A stretch of 64,000 nucleotides of DNA from Porphyromonadaceae bacterium CG2_30_38_12 (GCA_001873635.1 MNZK01000069.1:2594-66593), one strand, 5' to 3'; shown: positions 20,614 through 32,299, numbered from the stretch's first letter. Notes: generated from the letters alone by a model not told the origin. Numbers and translations: made by a program.

Positions 20614-23169
20614 ATGAAAATTAAGAACATCAATATTGGAATTCAATTAATTAGTGCGTTTGCTATCATTATAATGTTTTTTGCTGTTTTGGGATGGTTG
20701 GCTTATAGGCACAACCAACAATTGAAAGCACAAGCTGAAATCATGTACCAACATCCTTTACTGGTTCGTAATGCGATAGGTGAAATTGAAATTGGTATTT
20801 TAAAAATGCGCTTGGATACACGCAATATAATGCTTCTATCTGACAAAGCCCAACAAGAAAAACAACTGCGAGAGATACAAACTTTATCGTTCGAGATAGA
20901 TAGAAATTTCGATCTTTTGGAACAAAAGTATTTGGGCAACACCGAAGATATTCGGGTTGCTCGCGATGCCTACATGCTTTGGAATAACGCACGTCAAAAA
21001 ATCATACTAAGCGGCATGGATCATGACATTCAGAAGGTAATGACAGATGTAGCCGACAATGGCGAAATAGGTTTACTTCGCAACGATATGCTTCGGAAAA
21101 TAAAGAAAGTTTCAGATTTCAGTTTTGCAAAAGCAACATATCTCTATACTTCATCACAAAAAAATGCTGCCGATTTAATCCTTTTCATTTTGGTAGTGAG
21201 CATTATATTGATACTTTCAACTCTCATAATGGGCTACCTGCTCAAACGAAATATACAAGAACCCTTGCTTGAAATAAAAAACGTAGTTTTAGCCTATCGA
21301 CGTGGCGAATTCACCAAGCAAAGCTCCTACGTAAGCACTAACGAGATAGGGCTTGTAGCGCAGTCAATTAATGAGTTATTAGAAAAAGTGAATATTGAAA
21401 ATCAGTTTGCTACTAAGTCTGAAAAAATTTCGGGGCACATGCTCGTTGAAGAGAATGCACACAGCTTTTTCAAACGATTGCTTCCGGTGTTGGCATCCGA
21501 AACAAACTCTCAAATGGCTGCCTATTATATGTTAAATTCAGAAAAAACAAAATACTACCTTTACGAATCGATTGGTATCACACCAACAGATACAAATACC
21601 GAATTTTACGCACAACATGCCGAAGGGGAATTCGGGTTGTGTATTGCCTCCAAGTCTATTCAAATTATCCATCGCATTCCGAAAGATACTATTTTTGTTT
21701 ACAAGACAGTGAGTGGTGGTATCGTACCTCGCGAAATGATAAACATACCCATTTTAAAGGGCTCCGAAGTAGTTGGAGTTCTTGCTTTAGCTAGTATCAG
21801 GCAGTACGAACCCTTAACAGTACAATTTATTTACAAAATTCAAGATATTCTCACTGCGCGCTTTGATGGTATCATGGCTCACAGACGAATAAGCAAATAT
21901 GCGACTATGCTTGCAGAGCAAAATCAAGAGTTGGAAATGCAGGCTAAGGAGTTGCAAAGACAATCGGACGAATTGACAATGCAAAATGCGGAATTGGAAA
22001 TGCAGAAAAATCAACTACAACAAGCCAATCAGCTCAAAACTAACTTTCTATCTACCATGAGTCATGAGCTTCGCACGCCACTGAATTCCATTATTGCCTT
22101 ATCGGGGGTGCTTCACCGAACACTGAAGCAAGAAATTTCCGATGAACAGCATAACTATTTAGCCATTATCGAACGCAACGGAAAGCTTTTATTATCGCTC
22201 ATCAACGATATTTTGGACATAGCGCGTATCGAATCGGGGCGCGTGGAAATTGAATTGACAAGCTTCGATGCACGGGCAACTATTAATGAGGTGATGGAAA
22301 TGATTAGCCATCAAGCAAAAGCAAACAACACAGCACTCACACAAGAGCATGATACTTCTCCTCTTTTGATACGCTCTGATGCTTCAAAGTTCCGACATAT
22401 TATTCAGAATCTGGTGGCAAATGCCATTAAATTTACCGAAAATGGCAGCGTGCACATTAACATCAAAGTGGAAGAAAATAGCTTGAAAGTATGTATTCAG
22501 GATACGGGGATTGGGATTGCGCCCGAACATATAGATCATATTTTTGATGAATTCAGGCAAGCCGATGGTAGTACGTCGAGGCGCTTTGGTGGCAGTGGAT
22601 TGGGGCTTGCCATAGCTCGGAAATATGCTCGCCTACTGGGTGGCAATATTGAGGTTAGCAGCGTGTTGAATCAGGGTTCGATATTTTGCCTGTGGTTGCC
22701 TTACCACACTGGCGAAACACCTGTAAACAACCTTGAGCAACCACTCCCAATTGCATTAGAACATCCAACTTCCACTGATGTAAAAACAATTCTGCTGGTA
22801 GAAGACAGCGAAGCCGCTATTGTGCAACTACGCTATTTTTTGGAAGGTAACAATTACAAGGTGATAGCTACAAATTCAGGAGAAGAAGCTATCGACTTAT
22901 TGAATAATACCATGCCTGATGGCATTATTTTGGATTTGATGATGCCGGGTATGGACGGCTTTGAGGTATTGGAAAAAATTAGAAACAACGAAAAAACCTC
23001 TCTTGTACCCGTACTTATTCTTACTGCGAAGCACATCAGCAAGGACGAATTACAGTTTTTGAAGCAAAATAATATTCATCAATTAATTCAAAAAGGCGAT
23101 GTTAAAAAAGAGCACTTGCTGCAAGCAGTTGACGCTATGGTTAAGATAGATGGTAGTAAGAAACAATAA
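20614..23169 (+). CDS. Hybrid sensor histidine kinase: TM - four-helix-bundle sensor - TM - HAMP - GAF-like - coiled coil - HisKA - HATPase - REC
   Basis: Two TM helices, TNEIGLVAQSINEL (HAMP), MSHELRTPLN H-box, NLVANAIKFT, DTGIGI, GGSGLGLAI, C-terminal LLVED...LDLMMPGMDG receiver. Confidence 0.92.
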   Translation: MKIKNINIGIQLISAFAIIIMFFAVLGWLAYRHNQQLKAQAEIMYQHPLLVRNAIGEIEIGILKMRLDTRNIMLLSDKAQQEKQLREIQTLSFEIDRNFDLLEQKYLGNTEDIRVARDAYMLWNNARQKIILSGMDHDIQKVMTDVADNGEIGLLRNDMLRKIKKVSDFSFAKATYLYTSSQKNAADLILFILVVSIILILSTLIMGYLLKRNIQEPLLEIKNVVLAYRRGEFTKQSSYVSTNEIGLVAQSINELLEKVNIENQFATKSEKISGHMLVEENAHSFFKRLLPVLASETNSQMAAYYMLNSEKTKYYLYESIGITPTDTNTEFYAQHAEGEFGLCIASKSIQIIHRIPKDTIFVYKTVSGGIVPREMINIPILKGSEVVGVLALASIRQYEPLTVQFIYKIQDILTARFDGIMAHRRISKYATMLAEQNQELEMQAKELQRQSDELTMQNAELEMQKNQLQQANQLKTNFLSTMSHELRTPLNSIIALSGVLHRTLKQEISDEQHNYLAIIERNGKLLLSLINDILDIARIESGRVEIELTSFDARATINEVMEMISHQAKANNTALTQEHDTSPLLIRSDASKFRHIIQNLVANAIKFTENGSVHINIKVEENSLKVCIQDTGIGIAPEHIDHIFDEFRQADGSTSRRFGGSGLGLAIARKYARLLGGNIEVSSVLNQGSIFCLWLPYHTGETPVNNLEQPLPIALEHPTSTDVKTILLVEDSEAAIVQLRYFLEGNNYKVIATNSGEEAIDLLNNTMPDGIILDLMMPGMDGFEVLEKIRNNEKTSLVPVLILTAKHISKDELQFLKQNNIHQLIQKGDVKKEHLLQAVDAMVKIDGSKKQ

Positions 23170-23181
23170 ATTGAGCTGGTA

Positions 23182-26100
23182 ATGGCAAAAAATGCATTAA
23201 AAATTTTGGCGGTGGATGACATTTACGACAATCTTGTTACCATCAAAGCATTGGTTTTTGAATCATTTTCAGAAGTAGAAATTCGCACGGCTAATTCGGG
23301 GAAAGAAGCGTTGGAAATTGCCACCCTATTTCAGCCTCATGTAATTTTATTGGATGTGGTAATGCCGGTGATGGATGGCTTTGAAGTGTGTCGAAAATTG
23401 AAAGCAGATCCTGCTTTACGTGACATACCAGTAGTGTTTGTAACGGCTCAAAGAGGCGATAAGGAAAGCCGCATTAAGGCTTTAGAATTGGGCGCAGAAG
23501 CATTTTTGTCAAAACCAATAGATGCCTCGGAATTAGTAGCTCAGATTCGCTCCATGCATAAAATTTCTGTTGCCAACAGGTTGCGGAAATCGCAAAATGA
23601 GCTATTGAAAGACTTGGTTGCTGAACGCACCGAACAGCTCGAAATACAAAATGTAGCAACCAACAATATTTTATTAGATTTAAAAAAAGAAATTTCGAAC
23701 CGTAAGCATACAGAACAGGCTTTGCGTAAAAGTGAAGCCCTACTAAGGCGTGCTGAGTTGGCTTCCAAATCAGGTAATTGGGAATTCAACATCGAAGATA
23801 AAAGGTTTTATTTTTCTCATGGTGCTGCTTTTTTATTGGGCTTTTGCGAACCGCATTGTAGCTATGCCGAGTTTGATAAAATTTTAGTGCCTGAATATCA
23901 ACATATTCTAAAGAATGCCATAGATGTGCTTGAAAAAAACGAAACAGCATTTAGCATCGAATTAAAATTACAAACCGCAAGTAGTAATTCGCCCATGGAC
24001 ATTCGAATGCAAGGATTACGGAATAATGAGGAATCACAAATTTTTGGAATTATCCGCGATATTACCGAACATAAATCGGTACGAGAAAAATTGGCTGAGA
24101 GTGAAAAAATGTACAAAGCTATCATTCAAGCTTCGCCCGACAGTATTGTAATTATTAATCCACAAGGTGCAATTGAAATAGTTTCTCCTGCTTTTACTCA
24201 GACATTAGGTTACGATTCGGATAAGGCGTTGATTGGGAAAACTTATTCAGATTTGATTGCCCCCGAAGATATTGGAAAAGTGCATACTGACTTACTCTCA
24301 ATTTTAAAAGCGGAAGCAAACGATTCCGCCGAATATAGTTGTATTTGCAAGGATGGTTCGTTGGTGGAAATGGAGGTGAAAGCTGGCGTAATTCACGACG
24401 CTAAACTTCAAGTGAAAAAAATAGTAGTGATGGGGCGTGACATTAGCGAACGAAAAAAAAATCAACAAGAACTTATCCGTTCGGAAGCTGAATTGCGAGC
24501 CGTTTGGAAAAATTCAGCAAATGCACTACGCCTAACCGACGAGCATGGATATATCCTTAGAGTAAATGATGCCTACTGTAAATTTGTGGAAAAAACCGAG
24601 CATGAATTGGTAGGTAGCCTGATGGCAAATGTATATCATCCTTCGTATGATAAGGATGAATTAAACAAATACAAGCATAAATTTGCGCAGTCAATTTTAG
24701 ACCGCAACTACGAAAAAGAAATTATACTGTGGAATGAACGAAAAAAGTGGGTGCAAATTGATAAAACATTTTTAGAACTTAACAATGATAACAAATTGAT
24801 GCTCACAATTTTTAACGATATAACTATTCGAAAAAATGCGCAAATAGCTTTAGAAGAGAGTGAAACTAAGTACCGCGAATTAATAGATAATTCGCCCGAA
24901 GGCATCACTATATATGAAGATGGAAAAATTGTCTATGTTAATAAAGAGGCAATGCAATTGATGCACGCCACCAACAAATCTGACTTGTTAGGGAGAAGTT
25001 TATTAGATTTTATTGTAGCCGATAATTTGGAGATTATCATGGAACGAATGAAGTTTGTAGCCCATGTGCCGCTCTACACCAAACTGCCGCCGGTAGAAGA
25101 AAAATATCGCCGCTTAGATGGTACAGAAATGACTGTGGAGATTTGGGTTATGCCTATTTTGTTTGAAGGAAAACCAGCTATTCAAATTTCAGGACATGAC
25201 ATAAGCGAGCGAAAAATAGAAGAGGCTGAACTCGTTGACAATCGTGTAGAACTTAAAGCTATCTACGACAATGCGCCGGTGCTTATGTGTGTACTGAACG
25301 AAAAATCGGAACTTTTGTTTGCCAACAATGCTATGAATGCTTTTGTGGAAGACCCAATTCTGTCGCACAATACTATACGAACTTTTGGTAATATATTTGA
25401 TTGTGTAGAGTCCATCGAAAACCAGAACGGTTGTGGATTTGGCAAAAAATGCAATCAGTGTTTGTTACGTAAAGCTATCCGAAAAACCTTTCAAACGGGT
25501 GAGGGCGTTCAAAATATAGATTATGAAACAGAACGTCTTGTAGATTCCAAATTAATTCCAGTGTCGTTGTTAGCGTCAACGGCGATTCTACAGTCGGGCT
25601 CTGAAAAAAAATTGTTGCTTTGCATGGTAGATATTACAGCACGCCGGCATGCCGAAAACGTCATTCATGAGAGCCAAATGCAATTAAAAAGCTTTGCAAC
25701 GCACCTGCAAACGGTTCGTGAGGAAGAACGTATAAACTTAGCGCGTGAAATACACGACGATTTGGGACAACTCTTGGTGGCTATCAAATTTGATATAGGT
25801 ATGCTTGGTATCAAGTCGAAAAAATTTATTAACAAGGAGTTTGCTGATGAGTTTGGCACACAATTCAAACGCTTAGAAAGCTATGTGAACAAAACTTTGG
25901 TAAGTGCACGGCGTATTATGTCCGACTTACGCCCCGAGCTCTTAGACATGGTCGGTTTGGTTGATGCCTTTAAAGAGCATATCAAAAACTTTAACGAACG
26001 TCAATCTATTGTATGCAATTTTGTTGACGAAACGACCGACCAAGTTGCCATGGATTCAAATAAATCTATTGCACTCTTTCGTATTTTACAGGAAGCACTC

Positions 26101-26346
26101 AACAATGCTCAAAAATATTCCGAAGCCACCAAAATTATGGTTACATTAGGTTCCAAAAATCAGAAAACCTACTTAATCATTGAGGATAATGGTAAGGGTT
26201 TCGATTTGGAATTAAAAAAACGTAAAGACTCTTACGGTTTGACTGGTATGAAGGAGCGAGCCTACCTTTTAGGAGGTGCTGTGGACATTTGGAGCGCAGT
26301 GGGCAAAGGCGTTAAAATTACAGTTGAAGTTCCTGATAAAAAATGA
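23182..26346 (+). CDS. Cytoplasmic REC - multi-PAS - HisKA_3 (NarX/DegS-type) histidine kinase
   Basis: N-terminal receiver (AVDD, LLDVVMPVMDG, FLSKP), several PAS/PAC units ending in DIT/DIS, EERINLAREIHDDLGQ H-box, QEALNNAQKY, DNGKGF, GLTGMKER. Confidence 0.92.
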   Translation: MAKNALKILAVDDIYDNLVTIKALVFESFSEVEIRTANSGKEALEIATLFQPHVILLDVVMPVMDGFEVCRKLKADPALRDIPVVFVTAQRGDKESRIKALELGAEAFLSKPIDASELVAQIRSMHKISVANRLRKSQNELLKDLVAERTEQLEIQNVATNNILLDLKKEISNRKHTEQALRKSEALLRRAELASKSGNWEFNIEDKRFYFSHGAAFLLGFCEPHCSYAEFDKILVPEYQHILKNAIDVLEKNETAFSIELKLQTASSNSPMDIRMQGLRNNEESQIFGIIRDITEHKSVREKLAESEKMYKAIIQASPDSIVIINPQGAIEIVSPAFTQTLGYDSDKALIGKTYSDLIAPEDIGKVHTDLLSILKAEANDSAEYSCICKDGSLVEMEVKAGVIHDAKLQVKKIVVMGRDISERKKNQQELIRSEAELRAVWKNSANALRLTDEHGYILRVNDAYCKFVEKTEHELVGSLMANVYHPSYDKDELNKYKHKFAQSILDRNYEKEIILWNERKKWVQIDKTFLELNNDNKLMLTIFNDITIRKNAQIALEESETKYRELIDNSPEGITIYEDGKIVYVNKEAMQLMHATNKSDLLGRSLLDFIVADNLEIIMERMKFVAHVPLYTKLPPVEEKYRRLDGTEMTVEIWVMPILFEGKPAIQISGHDISERKIEEAELVDNRVELKAIYDNAPVLMCVLNEKSELLFANNAMNAFVEDPILSHNTIRTFGNIFDCVESIENQNGCGFGKKCNQCLLRKAIRKTFQTGEGVQNIDYETERLVDSKLIPVSLLASTAILQSGSEKKLLLCMVDITARRHAENVIHESQMQLKSFATHLQTVREEERINLAREIHDDLGQLLVAIKFDIGMLGIKSKKFINKEFADEFGTQFKRLESYVNKTLVSARRIMSDLRPELLDMVGLVDAFKEHIKNFNERQSIVCNFVDETTDQVAMDSNKSIALFRILQEALNNAQKYSEATKIMVTLGSKNQKTYLIIEDNGKGFDLELKKRKDSYGLTGMKERAYLLGGAVDIWSAVGKGVKITVEVPDKK

Positions 26347-26470
26347 ATGAACAAATTAACAGCATTTGTGTTAAATTCAAATACTTTACAAAGTCAGAAT
26401 GATTTAATTAAAACTTTTACGTTATATTTGTGGCTGAATTAATTACAAATTGAATAAAATTACAAATAAT

Positions 26471-28723
26471 ATGGTTTTTGATAAAGAAATGATTGAAGGA
26501 GTTTACAATACCTTCGCAGCTAAAATTGATCTTGTTAAACAAAAATTACAGCGCCCTTTAACGCTCACCGAAAAAATTCTGTATGCACATCTCTCTGTAG
26601 ATGAAGAAATTAAGGCTTACGAACGTGCGTCAGACTACGTTAATTTTACACCCGACCGCGTTGCTATGCAAGATGCAACGGCTCAAATGGCTTTGCTCCA
26701 GTTAATTAATTCGGGGCGTAAACATGTGGCAGTGCCTTCAACAGTGCACTGCGACCATCTGATACAAGCACACGTTGCAGCATCAGTCGATTTAGCAACT
26801 GCCAACGACACAAATCGCGAAGTATATGATTTTCTGAAAGCCGTGTCGAATAAATTTGGAATAGGCTTTTGGAAGCCCGGTGCTGGCATCATTCATCAAG
26901 TAATTCTCGAAAACTACGCCTTTCCTGGTGGCATGATGGTGGGTACCGACTCGCACACGGTGAATGCTGGTGGTTTGGGCATGATAGCAATTGGCGTAGG
27001 TGGAGCCGATGCTGTTGATGTGATGGCAGGTTTACCTTGGGAGCTGAAAATGCCTAAAATTATTGGCGTGAAACTCACTGGTAAAATGTCGGGCTGGACT
27101 TCTCCCAAAGATGTCATACTGAAACTTGCTGGCATACTTACCGTAAAAGGTGGCACCAATGCCGTTATCGAATATTTTGGCGAAGGCGCCGAAAGCATTT
27201 CGGCAACAGGCAAAGGAACTATTTGCAACATGGGAGCCGAAGTTGGTGCTACCACTTCGATATTTCCTTTCGACAGCAAAACAGCAGCTTACTTGCAAGC
27301 CACTGGGCGTTCGGAAATTGCTGCATTAGCTCAAAAAAATAGTGATTATTTGAAACCCGATGCTGCCGTAACAGCCAATCCTGAGAATTACTACGATCGG
27401 ATAGTGGAAATTGATTTAAGTGTGCTCGAACCACATATTAACGGTCCATTCACGCCCGATTTAGCTTACACCATATCCGAATTTGGAAAAGCAGTAAAAG
27501 AAAAAGGTTATCCTCAAAAAATGGAAGTTGGGCTTATTGGCTCCTGTACTAACTCGTCGTACGAAGATTTAACACGTGCAGCATCCATTGTGAAAAAAGC
27601 TAAAGAAGACGGTTTGCAGGTGCAAGCCCAATTCATTATAAACCCCGGCTCTGAGCAGGTTCGCTACACTGCAGCGCGCGATGGAGTTCTCGACGAATTT
27701 GAATCCGTAGGTGCTGTCATTATGGCTAATGCTTGCGGACCTTGCATCGGGCAGTGGAAGCGCGACGACCAAGTATCTGACCGTCCAAATTCCATTGTAA
27801 CATCGTTCAACCGTAATTTTGCAAAACGTGCCGATGGTAATCCGAACACACACAACTTCATTGCCTCGCCCGAAATTGTTGCAGCTCTTACCATTGCTGG
27901 TGATTTATGTTTCAATCCACTGAAAGATAGTTTGTTAAATAAAAAAGGTGAACCAATAAAATTGCGTGAACCGACGGGCTTCGAGCTACCATTAAAAGGC
28001 TTTGCCGTTGAAGACGCAGGGTACATTGCGCCCATCGCTGATGGTAGTGTTGTGGAGATTCATGTTCATGTTGACTCTCAAAGGCTCCAATTGCTTCAAC
28101 CTTTTGCTGCTTGGGATGGCAACGATTATGAGCAACTTCCTTTACTTATCAAGGTGAAAGGTAAATGTACTACCGACCATATCTCAATGGCTGGTCCTTG
28201 GTTACGTTTCCGTGGTCATTTGGATAATATTTCCGACAACATGCTGATTGGCGCTGTGAATGCGTTTAATGATAAAACAAATGCCGTGATGGATGCAAGC
28301 ACTGGCGAATACGTGGCTGTGCCTGCTTTGGCTCGTAAACTCAAAGCACAAGGCGTTGGCTCGGTGGTAGTTGCCGAAGAAAATTACGGCGAAGGGTCGA
28401 GCAGGGAACATGCTGCTATGGAACCGCGTTTTCTGAATGTAAAAGCCATATTGGTAAAATCCTTTGCTCGCATTCACGAAACCAATCTTAAGAAACAAGG
28501 AATGTTAGCTCTCACATTTGCCGATAAAAACGATTACGACAAAATTCAAGAAAACGACACGATAAGCGTTTTGGGATTGAATACATTTTTGCCCAATAAA
28601 AATTTAATCATCCAACTGCAACATGCTGATGGAAGCAAAGAAGAATTCGAAGCTTTACACACCTACAATCAAGCTCAGATTGAATGGTTTAAGGCTGGCA
28701 GTGCTTTGAATGGTCTAAAATAA
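26471..28723 (+). CDS. acnA: Aconitate hydratase (mitochondrial-like type)
   Basis: [50 protein letters not shown] motifs. ATG 26471 is preferred over TTG 26450; -7 box TATATTTG at 26423. Confidence 0.95.
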   Translation: MVFDKEMIEGVYNTFAAKIDLVKQKLQRPLTLTEKILYAHLSVDEEIKAYERASDYVNFTPDRVAMQDATAQMALLQLINSGRKHVAVPSTVHCDHLIQAHVAASVDLATANDTNREVYDFLKAVSNKFGIGFWKPGAGIIHQVILENYAFPGGMMVGTDSHTVNAGGLGMIAIGVGGADAVDVMAGLPWELKMPKIIGVKLTGKMSGWTSPKDVILKLAGILTVKGGTNAVIEYFGEGAESISATGKGTICNMGAEVGATTSIFPFDSKTAAYLQATGRSEIAALAQKNSDYLKPDAAVTANPENYYDRIVEIDLSVLEPHINGPFTPDLAYTISEFGKAVKEKGYPQKMEVGLIGSCTNSSYEDLTRAASIVKKAKEDGLQVQAQFIINPGSEQVRYTAARDGVLDEFESVGAVIMANACGPCIGQWKRDDQVSDRPNSIVTSFNRNFAKRADGNPNTHNFIASPEIVAALTIAGDLCFNPLKDSLLNKKGEPIKLREPTGFELPLKGFAVEDAGYIAPIADGSVVEIHVHVDSQRLQLLQPFAAWDGNDYEQLPLLIKVKGKCTTDHISMAGPWLRFRGHLDNISDNMLIGAVNAFNDKTNAVMDASTGEYVAVPALARKLKAQGVGSVVVAEENYGEGSSREHAAMEPRFLNVKAILVKSFARIHETNLKKQGMLALTFADKNDYDKIQENDTISVLGLNTFLPNKNLIIQLQHADGSKEEFEALHTYNQAQIEWFKAGSALNGLK

Positions 28724-28761
28724 AAAAAAATAAACAACAGGATAAACAAACATTAGTAAGC

Positions 28762-30123
28762 ATGGCAAACAAAAAAGATTTTCTGATATTTAAGCTATCG
28801 GAAACCATTCGCACAACAAGTAGAATTGACAAAGAGCTATTCACACAGTACAACGTAAAACGAGGACTACGTAACGAAGATCACTCTGGTGTAGTAGCTG
28901 GATTAACAAAAGTAGGTGATGTAGTTGGCTACGAGCGCATCCCCGAAGGTGGGTTGAAAGCCATTCCGGGTAAGTTATTTTATCGTGGCATTGATGTGGA
29001 AGATTTAGTCCACGGATTGAATGCCGAAAACCGCTTGGGTTTTGAAGAAACAGCATTTCTTTTGCTTTCGGGCTATCTGCCCGCTTCCGAAGAACTTCGT
29101 CAATTCTCTCTTATTCTGAACAGCGCAATGCCATTAGACACTAAAATGACAATGAATATTTTAGAGTTGGAAGGGCAGGACATCATGAATATTCTGGCAC
29201 GCTCGGTATTGGAAATGTACACCTACGATAAAAATCCTGACGATATTTCGCCCGACAATCTCATTCGTCAGTCAATAGATTTAATTTCTAAATTCCCTAC
29301 GATTATAGCTTACGCATACAATATCCTACGCCACAGCCAGCAGAATCGTTCGTTGCACATTCGCCATCCCAAAGATGGCGCTTCCATTGCCGAAAACTTT
29401 TTGTATATGATGAAAGGTCCAGGCAAATACACCGAGCTTGATGTAAAACTTATTGATTTGTGTTTAATACTTCATGCCGAGCATGGTGGAGGTAACAACT
29501 CAACTTTCTCCGTGCGTGTTACCAGCTCCACACTTACCGATACTTATTCAGCTATTGCTGCCGGTATCGGTTCACTGAAAGGACCTTTGCATGGTGGTGC
29601 CAACATCAAAGTTGTACAGATGTTTAACCATTTAAAAACTGCCATTAAAAATTGGGACGACCTGAAAGAAATTGATGCTTACCTTCAAAAAATGCTTAAT
29701 AAGGATGCCTACAATAAAACAGGTTTGATATATGGTATTGGTCATGCTGTTTACACTGTGTCCGATCCACGTTCCATTTTGCTCAAAGAAATGGCTCGCA
29801 AATTAGCTATCGAAAAAGGGTTGGAAAAGGAGTTTAAGTTTCTCGAACTGTTAGACTCGCGCGCCGTAAATGCTTTTATGACTTTTAAAGGTTCGGATAT
29901 AAACAAACAGGTTTGTACCAATGTCGATTTTTATTCGGGATTTGTGTACGATGCTATGGGACTGCCTACCGAGGTTTACACCCCACTGTTTGCCATGTCG
30001 CGTATTACGGGCTGGACTGCTCACCGCATAGAGGAATTGAACTTTACTAGCAAGCGCATTATACGTCCTGCTTACAAAAATGTTGGTGATAGAAAACCGT
30101 TTACTCCCATGAACAAAAGATAA
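28762..30123 (+). CDS. gltA: Citrate synthase (citrate/2-methylcitrate synthase family)
   Basis: HAEHGGGNNST, GPLHGGAN, GIGHAVY, NVDFYSG motifs. Confidence 0.92.
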   Translation: MANKKDFLIFKLSETIRTTSRIDKELFTQYNVKRGLRNEDHSGVVAGLTKVGDVVGYERIPEGGLKAIPGKLFYRGIDVEDLVHGLNAENRLGFEETAFLLLSGYLPASEELRQFSLILNSAMPLDTKMTMNILELEGQDIMNILARSVLEMYTYDKNPDDISPDNLIRQSIDLISKFPTIIAYAYNILRHSQQNRSLHIRHPKDGASIAENFLYMMKGPGKYTELDVKLIDLCLILHAEHGGGNNSTFSVRVTSSTLTDTYSAIAAGIGSLKGPLHGGANIKVVQMFNHLKTAIKNWDDLKEIDAYLQKMLNKDAYNKTGLIYGIGHAVYTVSDPRSILLKEMARKLAIEKGLEKEFKFLELLDSRAVNAFMTFKGSDINKQVCTNVDFYSGFVYDAMGLPTEVYTPLFAMSRITGWTAHRIEELNFTSKRIIRPAYKNVGDRKPFTPMNKR

Positions 30124-30214
30124 TAGCAGTTCATTGTGAATTGAAAAATTAAACAAATCCACTAATTCTGGTACAAAGTCTTACACTTTTGACTTTTGAC
30201 CCAAGACAATTCTT

Positions 30215-31441
30215 ATGCAAAAAATTAAAGTACAAAACCCAGTTGTTGAACTCGATGGTGACGAAATGACCCGTATTATTTGGTCGTTTATCAAAGAGCA
30301 GCTCATAATTCCATATTTAGAATTAGATATTAAATACTACGATTTAGGAATGGAAAACCGCGATTTAACAAACGATCAGGTTACCATAGATGCTGCTAAC
30401 GCTATTAAAGAATACAATGTAGGCATTAAATGCGCTACCATTACGCCCGACGAAGCACGTGTGAAAGAATTTGGTTTAAAAAAAATGTGGAAATCACCAA
30501 ATGGCACTTTGCGCAATATTGTTGGCGGAACGGTCTTTCGCGAACCTATTATCTGCTCCAACGTTCCTCGTTTGGTTCCTGGTTGGACGCAATCCATCGT
30601 TATTGGGCGTCATGCTTTTGGCGACCAGTATAAAGCTACCGACGTGGTTATCAAAGGAAAAGGTAAACTTAAAATGACTTTTACGAGCGAAACAGGTGAA
30701 ATAAAGGAATGGGAGGTTTTTGATTACCAAGGCGATGGCGTAGCAATGGCTATGTACAACACCGACGAGTCGATTTACGGCTTTGCTCAATCCTCGTTTC
30801 AAGTAGCTTTAGAAAAAAAATGGCCTTTGTATTTATCTACCAAGAACACCATTTTGAAAGCTTATGACGGTCGCTTTAAGGATATTTTTCAGGAAGTATA
30901 TGAAAAAGAGTTTAAAGAAAAGTTTGAGGCGATAGGCATAACTTACGAGCATAGGTTGATAGACGATATGGTTGCCTCGTGTATGAAATGGAGTGGGGGA
31001 TACGTATGGGCTTGCAAAAATTACGATGGTGATGTTCAGTCGGATACTGTTGCGCAGGGCTTTGGCTCGTTGGGCTTGATGTCGTCGGTATTGGTAACGC
31101 CCGATGGAAAGACTGTGGAAGCCGAAGCGGCACATGGCACTGTAACCCGCCACTATCGCCAGCACCAGCAAGGCAAAGAAACTTCTACGAACCCCATTGC
31201 CTCTATTTTTGCTTGGACTCGTGGTTTAGCCCATCGAGGCAAATTGGATAGCAACGAGGCATTGATGCATTTTTGTACTAAATTAGAGGAAGTGTGTGTT
31301 GAAACCGTAGAAGCCGGTCAAATGACGAAAGATTTAGCATTGTTAGTGCATGGCGAAGCACTTAGCAAAAGCGATTATCTGAACACACAAGATTTTTTGG
31401 CAGCTATCAAGCATAACTTAGATAAAAAGTTAGCACAGTAA
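30215..31441 (+). CDS. icd: NADP-dependent isocitrate dehydrogenase (eukaryote-like type II)
   Basis: [39 protein letters not shown] motifs. Confidence 0.97.
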   Translation: MQKIKVQNPVVELDGDEMTRIIWSFIKEQLIIPYLELDIKYYDLGMENRDLTNDQVTIDAANAIKEYNVGIKCATITPDEARVKEFGLKKMWKSPNGTLRNIVGGTVFREPIICSNVPRLVPGWTQSIVIGRHAFGDQYKATDVVIKGKGKLKMTFTSETGEIKEWEVFDYQGDGVAMAMYNTDESIYGFAQSSFQVALEKKWPLYLSTKNTILKAYDGRFKDIFQEVYEKEFKEKFEAIGITYEHRLIDDMVASCMKWSGGYVWACKNYDGDVQSDTVAQGFGSLGLMSSVLVTPDGKTVEAEAAHGTVTRHYRQHQQGKETSTNPIASIFAWTRGLAHRGKLDSNEALMHFCTKLEEVCVETVEAGQMTKDLALLVHGEALSKSDYLNTQDFLAAIKHNLDKKLAQ

Positions 31442-31470
31442 AATTACCAATTACGAGTGAGATAAACATA

Positions 31471-31519
31471 AAAAAAGCTGTACGAAAAGATTTTATTTCT
31501 TTGTGTACAGCTTTTTTTT
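31471..31519. terminator. Bidirectional terminator (icd / porin gene)
   Basis: AAAAAAGCTGTAC...GTACAGCTTTTTT inverted repeat with A and T tracts on either side. Confidence 0.85.
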
Positions 31520-31522
31520 ATT

Positions 31523-32203
31523 TTAAAAATTCCATTTAGCTCCTAAAGTAGGGCAAACTTTGAAACCTTGTACAGGAGAAAAATTATATCCAAATTCCAC
31601 TTCGCTACCTACCGAAAGGTTTTTATTCAGGTTGTACCAAAGCTGTGGCTCCGTAATAAATACAGGATGTGTTACACCATCAATAGCGTAGGTGTCTTTT
31701 TCCCACCACAAGTCGGCAAAACCAGTAAAAGTCATTTTGCCTTTCAGCAATTGAATGCCCCAAACTCCTGTAAGTTGCGCCGTACTTTGCTTGCCTTGAA
31801 TGTATTTGTACAGCACTTTCAAATTCAGCGTTTTACTAAAATCAGCATTGTTCCATCCCCAATCCAATCCTGCTAAATAAGCATTGTTGATGGGGAAGCC
31901 CGATGCACCAGATGTCAATAAGCCACCGTTGTACTCTATGTGAGCGCTAAAAGGTCCATCCCAAAATTTGAGACCACGGGCTATTTCCATGTAAGCCAAC
32001 GAAGGATGGTTTTCGGTGCCACCATTGAAATCCATATCTACAAAAAAGAAGGTATTGCCCCAAGTATCGGGCTTAAACATTTCGAGAGTTGACGTTACAT
32101 AATTGCGACCACTACCAAAATCGTAGTGTACTTGTAAATTAGTTTGCGCCGATAATGTCAAAGAAAACAAAACGAGTAAAAATGAGTAACTAAGTTTTTT
32201 CAT
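31523..32203 (-). CDS. Outer-membrane beta-barrel, Tsx-like nucleoside channel (DUF5020-type)
   Basis: Signal peptide, NLQVHYDFG, STLEMFKPDTWGNTFFFVD, EPQLWYN, terminal Phe (WNF); own -7 box TACCTTTGCG at 32266-32275. Confidence 0.75.
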   Translation of the reverse strand: MKKLSYSFLLVLFSLTLSAQTNLQVHYDFGSGRNYVTSTLEMFKPDTWGNTFFFVDMDFNGGTENHPSLAYMEIARGLKFWDGPFSAHIEYNGGLLTSGASGFPINNAYLAGLDWGWNNADFSKTLNLKVLYKYIQGKQSTAQLTGVWGIQLLKGKMTFTGFADLWWEKDTYAIDGVTHPVFITEPQLWYNLNKNLSVGSEVEFGYNFSPVQGFKVCPTLGAKWNF

Positions 32204-32299
32204 ACAATATTTTTTTTTATTTTAAAAATGAATAGCAATTTTAAAATAGATGTATTAATTTTCGCCGCAAAGGTATAAAAAATTATAGAAAAAAAATAG

